A stretch of DNA of 64,000 nucleotides from Marsupella aquatica (taxonomy: Eukaryota; Plantae; Marchantiophyta): NCBI GenBank assembly GCA_973895155.1, contig OZ316892.1, forward strand, positions 24,251,971 through 24,315,970, written 5' to 3'. The notes beneath the pieces are model-generated. The model did not search any database, was not told where the DNA came from, and worked only from the letters and a program-made list of their open reading frames with translations. The position numbers and the translations under genes are program-made. Of the stretch, positions 26,640 to 38,813 are shown piece by piece; within the stretch, counting starts at the first letter, position 1; each line of letters begins with the position of its first letter.

Positions 26640-26725
26640 ATGTCATGCTATTGTTTAGTTTTTGAGAGTCTGTATATATGTTTGGTTTTGTTAATACTAG
26701 TGGGTGTAGTGGGATAGGATAGGGG

Positions 26726-26784
26726 GTGACGGATTGGCAACTTGAGATCCTTTCTCAATTAGGGGTTCAATTCCCCTCCGTCAC
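26726..26784 (+). other. tRNA-like, D-arm-less structure with a B-box
   Basis: 7-bp stem gtgacgg/ccgtcac, 5-bp stem ttgag/ctcaa with a 7-nt loop, and T-arm agggg-ttcaatt-cccct. Confidence 0.4.
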
Positions 26785-27246
26785 ATGTTACATCTCTCAA
26801 CAGAAGTTTTAAATGGAGTATGGATGGAGCATGGGATTGGTGATCAATGGGTGGAATGGATTATTCATGTTGTGACCTTAAAGGCCATCCCACTTATGCA
26901 CGTAAGGTTTATATTGGGATGACCTTTTAGGTACACAATATAAATGATGCATTGAAATGATCAAAGTTTAAAGTCGAAAAAGGTGCAAGAACTCTTACAG
27001 GGCGTGCCATGTCTGACATACGACTTCACAAGGTACTGACATAGACTTATCTTTTCTTTCTAGGCATTTTTTATTGATATGTGACACTTTACTTCACAAA
27101 TTATAGGGGCAATACAAATTGGATTTTAGACTCTTAGAAGAAAGAAAGAGGGAGGAAATTTTTTTTTTAACTTAATAAGTATGGGGGTCTAGGCATGAAA
27201 ACGTCGCAGGTGATGGGGGGGTCCTCCATATAGTGAGACCCCCGAG

Positions 27247-28340
27247 TAGAAACTCCTCATAATCCAGATCCTTACTCATACAGTCCTGATTCCAACTATG
27301 AACCCACTGATGGACCTATCTTCAGTTGGGGTCGCTCTGAAGATCCTTATGTTAGAAGGGATCTCTCTGATGACTCTGACCCGCCTTCGGATAATGATAC
27401 TTATAGATCTTATGACAATTCCCTTGAGTCATCACCAAGGCAGGGGTTTGAAGATATTGATACAGCTTTGAGGTCAAACCCAAACCTAGTAGCAGTGGTT
27501 ACGTCCTCTACTCAGACTCCCAGGAATGCTACTATCGAGAAGAAGTATCCCAGGCTTCCCCAGGCTCAAGTACAGAAGTATGTAGACATCTGTAAGGTTG
27601 TGCATGCCAACATGCCACCAGTTGGAGAATTCTGGAGATACTATTACTTAAAGAAAACCGAGGCGAGCTACATTTTTGACCTAAAGTATCATGGGACTTC
27701 TCGATTGGAAATGGCCCAGTTTGATGAGCACTGGACTGACTCTGTCTACGTCCGGCCTATTCTGGCAATGATGTTGCTACAAGGTGATGTAGAAGTGGAG
27801 GATCCTGACCTACTCCTAGCCTACTTTGGGAATTTTGCAGCTTATGTTCTGGACTTCGTGCTTACTTTTCTCATGCAGAGTAAGAAATCAACTTCTTGGC
27901 AGAACAACTACATCCATAAGGAACCTAAGGTTGTGCTGGTTTCAACCAGCACGTTGGCTGATAAGCAGAGAATCTGGGATAATGTCACCACTCACACTCT
28001 GGCCAAGTTCAATAGGTACTTTAAGGATGTTTGCTGGAGACTTTGACCTTTCTATTCAAAAATGATGAGAACTGAGGATTTCATGGCCGCCTATTATTCC
28101 CAAGTTCATGCTACTACCTGCAATCACTATGATGTGATTGGAATTTATAGGGAGACACTCCGAATAGACTCTTGTTATTTGATGAGGAGAATGCCTGTAA
28201 TGTATCCAGATAGACAACTGAGATGTTTGCCCTATTCTCGAGGTTCACCACGACAGGCTGAGCTCATGGAGGTTGTCCAATCAGGCACTGTCGCTTTTGT
28301 GGAACTTCTCAAAATCAACAACATTCAACACCGAGACTAA
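27247..28340 (+). pseudogene. 3' continuation of the split 15297 ORF
   Basis: The frame is open from the TSD into ORF 27468-28046 and, after a stop, continues in the same frame as ORF 28062-28340. Confidence 0.65.
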
Positions 28341-29100
28341 GGCAGAAGTCCTAAGTGTTTCTAGTTTGTTTAGAGTAGTGCATCTTGTCCGATTTTTAGA
28401 AGTGTGTTCTAGAGCTTTAAAAGCTGTCATACTTCTTTAGCATGTATTCTGTACTTAGGAAAGCCTTCTGGCAAAATTTGAGGCTTTTCTGAGCTACGAG
28501 TAGGAAGTTAAAAATAGTTGAATTTGCCAAGTTTTTACTTCTGTTGCAATTCGAGTTACGACTTAGTTAGACTTTTACGAGTTTAAGAGTTTACTAGTTC
28601 ACAACTTTTACTAGTTTACGAGTTCAGACTTAACCAGATTTTTGGCTTTTCACTTACTGAATCATCATTTTAATTTTTTGAGGAGTACGAAGAGGCATGT
28701 CTCTTCGACTTTATGACCTCTTACTCTGTAGATTTTTACTATAAGACCCCTCCACCACTAGTGTAGTTTATGGTTAAGTTATGCATTTTTGCCTTTTCCT
28801 TGTGTTAAACTAGTTGACCATGAATCTATGAGTTCGAGATCAGGTTTAACATTTGGAAAGACTTCCTTGGAATGGTTTTTTTTATAAATTTTAATACCGT
28901 GAAAGACCCCACGGATAGGGGGAACAACAGCCCTTAATACAGGGACAGCAACAGCACACTAGCGAGCCACAAAGAGAGCCCAAAAGCACAAAAGAGAGCA
29001 TCAAAGCCCCAGGGAGAGCCCCCCCTCAAAGAAGGGAAATAACACCGATCAAGAGAGCACCCATGCCCTTCCCACAACAGCCCCCCAAAAAGCAGACCCC

Positions 29101-32100
29101 TCAATCAGCAACGCCGCCGCTAGAGGGCACCAAGAGAATCCTGTCCCCACCCCGTCTCAGCCAGATTTGCCTCGTTCCCCGCAACCATTCCTGAGCCCGG
29201 TTCAACCGAGAGCGACGCCGCCCAAAGCGTAAACCAGCCCCAACCGCATGGATGTGATTGGCAGTCTCAGCAAGCATCAGGCCCAAGTCAAATGAACGTC
29301 CCACCTTGTCAGAGAACATATGTTCATTTCTTCCCAGCCAAATCATCCAAAGAGTCTGATATACACAAAAGATCCTAGCAGTGTGAATAGGCTCCGGTCC
29401 TGTCGATGCATCAAGAATAGCCAGCAGACCACCTCCAATGGGTAAGCGAAGCTCCGTCAAAATCCTGTCACACATCCTCCAGCAACATGAGGCATGGGAA
29501 CATTCAATGAACAAATGTTGCATCGTCTCCAAGACCCCACAGCAAAGCTTGCAATTCCCAGTACCAGCCTGGATACGGAGGGCCCGTTGACCAGTAAACA
29601 ATCCACCAACCAGGATCCGCCAGATAAAGGTTTTTGCCCTACAGGAGAGGTCAGAAATCCACAGCTTCTTCCATCCAATGCACCATTCAATTTCCGACCG
29701 GTGTGAGGACCAGCACCTATTAAGCAGCACATGAAGGCTCATCTTGGGTCTCAAGAACTGGTAGACCCTGCAGTTGGTGATCTGAAAGTCCTTGAGAGGT
29801 TCTGCCCTGTCAGACCAGCGCCACTGTCTGGCCAGAGGATCCCTGTCCCACCTGCAGGCAGTTGACTCCCAAATTCTCCCTAGGAACGCTCTAGCCAGCC
29901 CTCTGTGCTCCCCCGTGAATCCTCGCAGCACCTGCCCCCTAAGCGGAAGGTCTTTCCAGCCCCCTGTCTCCACCGACCATCCGTCCTGAATTGATCTCAT
30001 TCCCAAGCGTCCACAAATAGCAGTGACTCCTACAATGTCCACATTTGGCAATGAATTGAAATCTACCATACATCTAATTGCATCGTTAATGCTCCAGCAT
30101 CCAGGGGCACCATATCTCCCAGGACAAAAAGCCAGATGGGCACGCAGCTCCTCCCAAGCCTTCCATAGACCACTTGTATACCTGAGACCACCGCCTGCCC
30201 TAGGAGTACAGAGCAGAAGCCTATCCTTGAACGTGTAATTGTTTCTTATGATCACCTTGTAATTCAACCATCCCATTAAAGATAAGTTGGCTGCCAGCAT
30301 CTTCGACCATTCCCTGTCTGGATACTCTAGGGCCTTAGTGAACCATTGTGATAATAATGCATTGGAGTGGCTTCTGAAGTCCTTGAATCCCAGGCCGCCC
30401 TCTATTTTTGGAAGTGTCATCTTGTCCCATGCCACCAATGGAATTTTCTTCCCACCTGCAGGATTATATCCCCATAGAAAATCTCTACTGAGGGCAATGA
30501 GTTTCTTGGCCAGACCCGCTGAAGCCTTGAGGTGCATCACATGGTAGATTGGGATGGCCTGGAGCACGTGTTTGACCAATAAGGTTCGACCTGTGAAAGA
30601 GAGGAGCTTATTTGTCCAGGATGACAGTCGTGAGCTGATTTTATCTAGGCAGAATCTGTGCAGTTGCTCAGTCTTCAGCCCGGCCCCCAAGGGAGCGCCC
30701 AGATATTTCTGAACCTCCCCCATTGCACTCACTTGACAGCCAGAGTACAGCAGCCAATCCGGGATGACCTCAATTGCCAAGGGAATCACCACAGATTTTC
30801 GTAGGTTCAGCTTTGCTCCAGAACCCATTTCATAACATGCAAGTGCAGTTTGTGCCTGGGTGAAAGCTTCCTCCGTGGCAGGAATGAACATTCCAACATC
30901 ATCTGCGAATAATCTGTAGCATATTGTGAGTGTGTCCGTGATTGACAGTCCACTAAGTCTCCCAGCCTCCATCTCCACAGCTAAGAAGTCCATTAGCGGT
31001 TGTGTCGAGATGAAAAAAAGTAGGGTTGACAAGGGGCAGCCCTGTCTCACCCCCCTCTTAAGCTCAATCATACCCGTCGCAAAACCATTGACCATTGCCT
31101 TCGAGAAAGATCCAGCCAACAGAGCCCGTACCAGTGTGATAAAGTGGCCACTTATTCCCAGTAAGTGCATTGTGTCCCATATGTATTCGTGATTCACCCT
31201 GTCAAAGGCCTTTTCGATATCCAACTTCAAGAAAAGTGCCTCCGTCTTCTTGTGCTGTATCCAGTCACATGCGAGCCAGGCCAGTGAGATGTTTTCCAGA
31301 ATGTGGCGCCCCTGTATAAATCCGGTCTGTTGGGGGCTGATTATCTTGTTCATGATTTCTTGTAACCGCAATGCCAGGATCTTAGCAATGACTTTGTACG
31401 TTGTGTTCAACATTGTAAGGGGACGCCAGTCCTTCAGTGATCTCTTATCAGGCTTCTTCGGAATGAGCTTTATTATCCCTTCTTTTAACGCACTATCAAT
31501 CTCTCCTGTCATCCAGAATTCTTGTATCATTTCCACCAAGTCCTGTCCCAGAAACTCCCAGCATGCGCGCAGTACTTCTGCCGTTAAGCCGTCTGGGCCA
31601 GGCGATTTGTCTCCTGGTAGCATCCAAAGCACTTCCTTCACCTCTTTAGTTGTCGGGAGAGCTTCCAATTTCATTCTCTCTGCCGCTGTAAGCGCAAATT
31701 TTGTGTGTTGCAGTAGACGTCTCCTCTCTTGCCGTCGTTCTTGTGTCTCCCTTTGTGAGGGTTCCTGCGGTGCATAAAGTGCTTGACACATTTTCTCCAC
31801 TTCAAGCACAATGCTCGCCGCCTCTGTTATCTCCGTCCCATCCTCTTTGAGAATCAGGTTCATGGTTTCTCGGGCGCGTTTAGCCTTTACTATCGCATAG
31901 AAGAACTTTGTTGATTCGTCTCCTTCTCCCAGCCATTTAATCCTTGCAAGTCTCCGTCCCTTATTAGCCACTTCCAACTCGGTTGCATGCAGTGTGTCTT
32001 CCGTTTCCGTGTATTCCTTGATTTCATCCTCTGTGTGTTCCTCCAGAATGGATGCTTTCAGTGCTCTCATTCTCGCTCTAAGAAACTCCATCTCAACCTC

Positions 32101-33045
32101 TGCCAGCCTTGGTCTTGCTTGTAACTCCATGTATTTTTGCCTAAAATTGGAGCACGCTTTTGAAAATCGCAGCACAGGGTTTGCAAATTCCCTCCTTCCT
32201 TCCCTCCAGGCTCCTTCTAGAAGCGCCAGGTCCTCCTTGTTGCTTAGAAGCGCTGGATTGGCCATGAATAGTCTCACCTTACCTCGCTCCACCTTCTGAC
32301 CTGCATCTCTGAACCTCCCTTTCAGTATCACCGGGTCATGGTCTGATAACGCTGATCCTCCTTCATGCACCAGCTCTACTCTCTCCTCTAACCACCATCC
32401 CTTCTCGCTAATGTAGAACCTATCTAATCGGGATTGTACCATTAATCCCCTTCTCATCCTTCTCCATGTGAATTGGGCACCCGTAGCGCCCCCGGTGATC
32501 TCCCACGCATCTACCAGGTCAAAGCGCGTTTTTAAGAAGTGCCAGAATTCCGCTTCTCTTCCGCCGATCAGAGGTGATCTCCCGGTTGAGTCCGCTCTTC
32601 TTTCTGTCATGTTGAAGTCGCCACAGATGATCCAGTTTACCTGCGGAAGCTCATCCTTAAGCTCGTTCCATAGCAAAGCCCTTAAGTCAGCCGAGTTTGG
32701 TGCATAGATAGATGCCACTCCATAATTGCCTCCTTCGTTCTCAATGATTATCCACACAGCTCTGCCAAGGTCCAGTTTGCCTAATGCTACCACCTTCAAA
32801 GACGGGTGGACCAGAAGTGTTGTTCCTCCCCTGCCTTCCTCTGGTGCCGATGAGAAGTGTTGATAGTTTGAGAGAATTGTTCTCAGAGCCATGTCCAAAC
32901 GGAATTGATCCGTCTTCACTTCTTGTAGAGCTAGGCATCCCAGCGGAAATCGCAGTGCCTGTACCCAGTTTTTGACGACATGTTTGCGGTTTGTCTCACA
33001 CAGCCCACAGACATTCCATGTGGCAATCCGCATTATGTTCTCCAT
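29101..33045 (-). CDS. L1 ORF2: APE endonuclease, reverse transcriptase and C-terminal zf-RVT; intact
   Basis: TWNVCGL, GDFN, SRLDRFY, SDHDP; KSPGPDG, WRPLTML, GVRQGCPLS, FADD, KYLG; CKLC...ETMQHLFIEC. Confidence 0.95.
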   Translation of the reverse strand: MENIMRIATWNVCGLCETNRKHVVKNWVQALRFPLGCLALQEVKTDQFRLDMALRTILSNYQHFSSAPEEGRGGTTLLVHPSLKVVALGKLDLGRAVWIIIENEGGNYGVASIYAPNSADLRALLWNELKDELPQVNWIICGDFNMTERRADSTGRSPLIGGREAEFWHFLKTRFDLVDAWEITGGATGAQFTWRRMRRGLMVQSRLDRFYISEKGWWLEERVELVHEGGSALSDHDPVILKGRFRDAGQKVERGKVRLFMANPALLSNKEDLALLEGAWREGRREFANPVLRFSKACSNFRQKYMELQARPRLAEVEMEFLRARMRALKASILEEHTEDEIKEYTETEDTLHATELEVANKGRRLARIKWLGEGDESTKFFYAIVKAKRARETMNLILKEDGTEITEAASIVLEVEKMCQALYAPQEPSQRETQERRQERRRLLQHTKFALTAAERMKLEALPTTKEVKEVLWMLPGDKSPGPDGLTAEVLRACWEFLGQDLVEMIQEFWMTGEIDSALKEGIIKLIPKKPDKRSLKDWRPLTMLNTTYKVIAKILALRLQEIMNKIISPQQTGFIQGRHILENISLAWLACDWIQHKKTEALFLKLDIEKAFDRVNHEYIWDTMHLLGISGHFITLVRALLAGSFSKAMVNGFATGMIELKRGVRQGCPLSTLLFFISTQPLMDFLAVEMEAGRLSGLSITDTLTICYRLFADDVGMFIPATEEAFTQAQTALACYEMGSGAKLNLRKSVVIPLAIEVIPDWLLYSGCQVSAMGEVQKYLGAPLGAGLKTEQLHRFCLDKISSRLSSWTNKLLSFTGRTLLVKHVLQAIPIYHVMHLKASAGLAKKLIALSRDFLWGYNPAGGKKIPLVAWDKMTLPKIEGGLGFKDFRSHSNALLSQWFTKALEYPDREWSKMLAANLSLMGWLNYKVIIRNNYTFKDRLLLCTPRAGGGLRYTSGLWKAWEELRAHLAFCPGRYGAPGCWSINDAIRCMVDFNSLPNVDIVGVTAICGRLGMRSIQDGWSVETGGWKDLPLRGQVLRGFTGEHRGLARAFLGRIWESTACRWDRDPLARQWRWSDRAEPLKDFQITNCRVYQFLRPKMSLHVLLNRCWSSHRSEIEWCIGWKKLWISDLSCRAKTFIWRILVGGLFTGQRALRIQAGTGNCKLCCGVLETMQHLFIECSHASCCWRMCDRILTELRLPIGGGLLAILDASTGPEPIHTARIFCVYQTLWMIWLGRNEHMFSDKVGRSFDLGLMLAETANHIHAVGAGLRFGRRRSRLNRAQEWLRGTRQIWLRRGGDRILLVPSSGGVAD

Positions 33046-33106
33046 CCCCTCCCCCCCCCCGCTGCTCCCCAAGTCGAGTGGTGCACTTGGTCAGCACACC
33101 ATCACC

Positions 33107-35271
33107 CTAGATACGATTCCGTCCTCCAGGGGATAGCATCCAGCCGTGAGAGCCGCTCCCCGTTTGCTGCTCAGTCAGTCCCCCTATCAGGGAGTAGTCG
33201 TCTCTCATCTTAGTTTGTGCTGCGCCTCTTTGTTCACTTCTCGGACTCCTCGTTTCAGGGCTGAGCAATCTGTTTGTCCTTGTTGAGCTTTCGCCCGCAC
33301 CTGCATCAGACATGGATCCTCGTGAGAAGTACAGCGAACGTTGTTTTTTTGCTTCACCCTTTGGCTTCTCTTTATCTTTAGTTGGGGGGGTTCTCAATTC
33401 TTGTTTCCTGGTTCGTGCTTTGAGTTTGCTATTCGATATGTAAGCTTCATATTCTAACATCTCTACATCGGTGTCCCCATGGTACGAGAAATTCCCTTCG
33501 GCTTCTACCTCTAAGAGCGATCCTGGAAGCCCGAGTGTGTCTGTTCTGGCCTTCGTGCTGAATTCCGGCCCAAAGCTTGGTGCACTGGCATTTAGAACAG
33601 AGCCTCTGCAGTCTGTGTTACCTCCAGGATCCCGGGCCAGTCCACTCCCAGGTGGGAAGTCTCGCGAATTCCCCTTAGTCCTAGTCGGTTCCCATCTCAC
33701 CATGGCGTCCAAGGGTCCACGAGTGGGCTCCAGCAATTCCATCCCAATAGCACCCACATTCGGCTGTTGTGGGTTACTGGAGTTCCTTTGTCCGGTTCTC
33801 TAACATCTGTCGCAATGATCAGCTCCACATGGGCAATTTCCTCCTCAACTGAGTTTTTCCGGATCGTGTTCGCCTGCCGCTCTTGGTTCTCCCTGAATTT
33901 AACCCGGACCATAGCATTCTCTTGGGCCTTTTGTATCTCTTCTGGGTCAGCCTCCGAGTGTCGTTCGTTGTCTTTTTCATCAGGTATTTCCAGCACACTC
34001 GTCGGCCTCTGCCCTTCATCTCCTTCTCGACAGCTGCGGGCTAGATGCCCTTTCTTATGGCATTTGTAGCAGTGGTAAGGAATATTGCGGAAGGTCACTG
34101 GTTGCCAAATTACTATATCCTTCTGAATTTTCACTCGAACACTTGCCGGTATCTCCCTGTCAGTGTCCCATAGTATGCACGCACGGTCATGTGGGTAAGA
34201 ACTGAATTGGTCTCCTTGAATGTAGTATAGTAGGGTGCCAAGCGCGCTTGCAATTTTCCTTCTGCATCCTTCCAGCTCCAAGGCTCTAAATGGTAGCTCA
34301 ATCCATACTGGCAGTTTGGTGTAAGACTCATTTTTTATGTCAAAGGTTGGATCCCATGGGAAGGTGTATACAAATCTATTTTCCATAAACCATGGCGCCC
34401 CATTCAGTGCCAGATCCCGATGATCAGGTTCTTCAAAGATTACCATGTAAAAAAATTTCCCCACAAACTTGACTTGTAGCACCGGCCAGCGCCCTTGGCT
34501 AGTCATTTCGTCTTCTACCCAGTCTCTGAAGGCTGGAAGCAATGGGGTTCTGTCTGTGAAGTAGCATAGCAAGGCACAGTTATATAATTGCCTCACATTC
34601 ATAGCTGCTTCCGTCATGTTCCATTCAACTGTGGCAAACAGCTTTTTGTCAAGGTCACCCTTAGAGCGGTGTGCTACAGCTCTCAGAATTCTGATACATT
34701 CCTCCGATGTTTCCTCCTCTTCAGCTCCTTCGCGGCCCCATGTATCAGGATTCCGGGTACCATTTGAGATTCCACAGATTCCAGGACCCTCTCCCCTGAG
34801 CTCTGCACCTCTCAGGCTACGTCGTGTCTCTCCATCCAAGGCTGGGACCTTGTCCCGAGCTGAGCCGCCGCCATTCTCATCCTCTTCCATGTCCATCAGA
34901 TCGTCCTGTATCTCCCGTTGTGAGCCGGTTGAGCCCCCCCTACTCTCTCCCTATAGGCCAGGATTGCCTCCTCCCTTTCTCTCCCGCCGTGGTCCGTCCC
35001 CATCATTCCGCGCATCTTGCGCCGAGAATTGGTTGCACCTCCCCACTCCCTCCTCTCCGAGTTTTCCTTTATTCTGATAGGCCAAACCAACCAGATTGGT
35101 CTCGCGCCCTCTCACCCCCTGGAGCGTCCCCGTTCTAGTCTGGACAGCCATCGGTGTAGCCACTCGGATGTTCCTTGATTCAGAAAGACGTCCATTCCGA
35201 TCGCTTCTTCCACGAGATGTGGTTTCTGAGCGCCCGTAGTAGTCCAATCCCTTTTCACCTTCGCCCGACAT
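33107..35271 (-). pseudogene. L1 ORF1 (DUF4283/RRM-like region plus CCHC zinc knuckle) with an in-frame stop at 34951 and a frameshift near 33757
   Basis: ALNGAPWFM...PVWIELPF, CYKCHKKGHLARSC; ORFs 35271 and 34896 are in the same frame across a single TAG. Confidence 0.85.
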
Positions 35272-36164
35272 TAAATTAATGTATGCAATGACAGTCAGAC
35301 GGCGTTAATAAGATGTTCGGGGCAGTGCTTACCTTGTAATCGAAGAGGGCTCCAGGCTCCTCTCGAGTCCACTGGGTCCAATCTCATTAACCAAGATGTC
35401 CTTCCCGAACTATTCCATAATTCTCCCGTCAGAATAGAACCACTCAGGCACACTTTGTGCCGCCTTAACTCTTCTCTGCATGTTCCGCCATCCTCTTTGG
35501 CAATGTCAGCTCCAAACACTTTTAGGAATCTGAGTGCCGCCACTCGCTGTCCAATCCGAGCTTGCAGACACCAAGGTCCGTTGCCGTAATCCACACCATT
35601 TGTTTCAGTCGCCCACTGTAGCACCCCACCAGATCGATGTGAACCCCTGTTCCAATGTGTCTACCTTTTAATCCCCGCCTCCAAAAGTGGCAGCGGGAAA
35701 GGTGCTCCCGCTAGACTAACGCATCGGCTCATCCGCCACCCCTGGCTCCAACTCTCATGATCGGATCTCCACAATTGTGCTCCCGCAATCCAGACTAGTA
35801 TTCCACCCTAAAACAGCAGAACCGGCTCTAAAGCGGATCCCGATCGTAGCGATGGCGAGAGAGAGCAGAAAAAGCTTCGTGCAGAAGCAGGGGTCACCCT
35901 CGTATCGATTCCACCCCTCTCGAGAAGCTTTTTGCCCCTCTCAATCTCCTTCTGGAAGGTCGAAACGCTCATGGATGAGCACAAGTCCCTCCGCCCTTCT
36001 TCGCAAGTCCACTGTCAGTTAGCTCGTTCACTACTTGCGTCACTTTGTGACGGCCCTCACATTTGGAAAGACTTACCTCCTTCTTGTGTTTTCTACCTAT
36101 GATTTTAAACACAGGAAGTAAAATCCCTTTTGTGCAAATCTTTGGATGTTGTGATGATAGATTC

Positions 36165-36413
36165 CTCTCCGGGGGGTCACTTTCATGGAAGTGGCATATC
36201 ATGTGCGACGAAGTATAGTAAGGGCCATTTAAATGGTTTTGGCGGAAGACTTATTAAGTCTTCTATGGAAATATAGGGTTGTTTAATTGCAAAATGCATA
36301 CGTGTCATCACATGATTGGTGTTGTACAACTTTCTAGAAAGTGACTTAGGGGGGTCATAAATGACCCAAACCGTCGCACGTGATGTATAACCCTTCATAT
36401 AGTGACCCCCCCG
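36165..36413. mobile_element. Family-1 MITE variant, about 249 bp
   Basis: ccggggggtcact...agtgacccccccg ends; TSD ATAGATTC at 36157 and 36414. Confidence 0.85.
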
Positions 36414-38813
36414 ATAGATTCATTTTTGGTGATTCATTGCAATCTCCTGAGTTCTTAGAGTTAACTCATTGAGTTTAAGTCTCATTAAAATTGATGGATT
36501 TTCTTTCATGTTGCTTAGTACCATCTAAATGTTGAAGTAGCTACCTTTTAGATTTTATCTGAGTACCACTTAGAAAGAAAGGGTAAGACATGTTTACGGC
36601 ATTTTAAAAGGTACTCTAGTAAGCAGTTTAGATCTGAAAAGCAATATGGATCTGAATCCTTAAGTCTTTTTCATTTTGACTTATGTTTAAGGAGTGACCT
36701 TGGTCTATTCCAGACTCCCTTAGTATACTTTAAGATATTTTTCCTTGTGTTTTGTTAATCATTCCCTTTTCATTAATTTATGGTTATACAATACTGAGTT
36801 ACCATTAAAAACTACTCACCGCTGTGGAGCGATCTTCAAAATACCTTAGTAAAGTAATCAAACTTGATTACTATGTGTGGAAAACATTTTAAGTCTATTA
36901 TTGTTGTTTAAATCTATCAAACCAACCCCATCTTGTTCTTTACGGGAACAAATACCGAGTTGGAAGACCATAAAGTGTGCTTTTTGGTTTTCCCTGGCAA
37001 ACTACAACTTAAGTTTTAGGGTGTTTAATCCCCAAAAACTTCGTGCGTGATATGGGACACCCCTTGGATTGAGGCCCCCAAGGCCCAAATAGCAGCCAAG
37101 CCCCATTCAGTTTCCCACGGGAGCTTGCATTGGGGAGGCAAAGTAGAGTAGGCATGGAGGTTGAGTTATAAATGCACGTGACCCCTAGACTATCAGTTGA
37201 GCACTAACCTTGGAGTTGGTTGCTAGAGTCGGGGCCAATCTGGTCTCGATATTTTAGGACAAGCTCGGGACAAGCTTTGGGACAAGCTAAGCTATTTTGG
37301 GCCATGAGCATGGCCTGGGGGCAAGGTGATTAGCTAGTGATGGATATATAGAAAATAGAGAGCTTGGGTGGTTGTTTAGGACAAATAGTGGGTGTCAGCT
37401 TTGGCTTTGGCTTATGGCAAGGCCATGCAGGCTTGGGAGGTTCTATTAGTTAAGCTACTTACCAATGTTTATTGAGCTTGAGTTAGGATGCTAGTCTTGA
37501 AGGGCCTAGATCATAGAAGTTACTCACCAAGGTGTTTGGTTGCTTGTGCAAACAGTGAGGACCGTTGAGTGATGGTTGTGTTAGGGAGCAAGTGCAGCTT
37601 TGTATGGGAATTGCCACAGACTGGAGGAGCAAGAGGCACCAAGTTGCTTGCTCAAGGAGTTACGTGTCGGCGTTCGGGTACCGAGGGCACTTAGGCGAGG
37701 GTGTTGGGATTAATTGGTGAGGGCATTGGGTGGCAAGGTCCACCACTCCGTAGAAGCGGATAAGCTCTTTGTGATCCTTCTCGGCTTCCCACCTTCATGG
37801 GTTGTGCGAGGAATGTGTTCCAATTTAAATGAGGACTAGAGAGGAATGTGTTCCAAAAATGGACAACAAAACTGGACATAATCGTGAAAGATATATGGCA
37901 TGCTTCTCAAGATCGATCGAGCTACTAAGTGTGGAGTTGAAGCGGACCAATTGAATGGGAATTGCGCACAATCAGGAGTAGTGAGCTCAAAGCTTGCGCG
38001 TAAAGGGAAGAGTGAGTGAGGCAACTGGAGAGTTGGGCCCTTTATACTTTGAGGCGCGTCCCAAACACTTGGTCCAAATCCAAGCGTGCCAAAGATTGAT
38101 TTACTTAGGGTAAGTTATACAAACCCAAAGCGGTAGCAATAATGTACCCCTAATGATACGGTACATCAAGTGTTGCGTTGCCAGCCTGAATGTAAACTCC
38201 TAAGTAACCTAAGCCTAGCCTGATGATCATTATTAACTAATATATTGCCATTATGCTAATAAGTACATACTTCTTTACCTATGTAAGGCGGACCTTATAT
38301 GGATTACGCAGTATTCCTGATTATTTGTCAAGCTAGTGGCGTCATACAAGGAAAAGAGAATTGATGCCAAGCACAATTTGGGCACAATTGTGAGTGGAAA
38401 CTTGTCATGCATCCAAGAAAAAGGTTGAAGAGAAGGAGGCTACTCCCCGGGCTACTCAACAGCCCCTCCCGGAACCAAAAGCTGAGGTGACAAACCTAGA
38501 GGAGCAACTTCTAGATGACTTTGGAGATAAACCAGCTTGAGTGTTGAGCAAAGATAATATTCACAATGACATTGAGCCCACGACCATCCAATGAATAAGT
38601 AGTCAACATAGAGAGATACATGGTTCATCTTAACCGAGACTATGTCCATGGGAACACACAAGAGCTCTACTACACTCTAGGCCCGTTGGCCATACTGAGT
38701 CTCTGTAGTACTTCTCCCTATCTCTCGATTGGCTCTGTAACAATGAGTTACCTGAGTAAAAAGACCATGTGGCGCTATTGCAAATAGAACTATGCATGGT
38801 AGCAAATGTTCAA

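Larger units (their letters stand above)
16642..27246 (+). mobile_element. 10.6-kb TIR DNA transposon (element A) with P-element-like transposase and PHD cargo
   Basis: Perfect 15-bp TIR CTCGGGGGTCTCACT; 8-bp TSD TAGAAACT (16634-16641 and 27247-27254); removing it restores the host frame QKFPVVET|PHNPDPYS. Confidence 0.92.
28865..36058 (-). mobile_element. Full-length L1-clade LINE, about 7.2 kb
   Basis: 16-bp TSD ACATTTGGAAAGACTT (28849-28864 and 36059-36074); A-rich 3' tail; ORF1 plus ORF2. Confidence 0.93.

Noticed and set aside
29457-35138. Numerous plus-strand ORFs
   Set aside because: They are antisense shadows of LINE ORF1 and ORF2.
37100-38330. Possible solo LTR with a minus-strand TATA box near 38041
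   Set aside because: No TG...CA ends, TSD or second copy could be defined.
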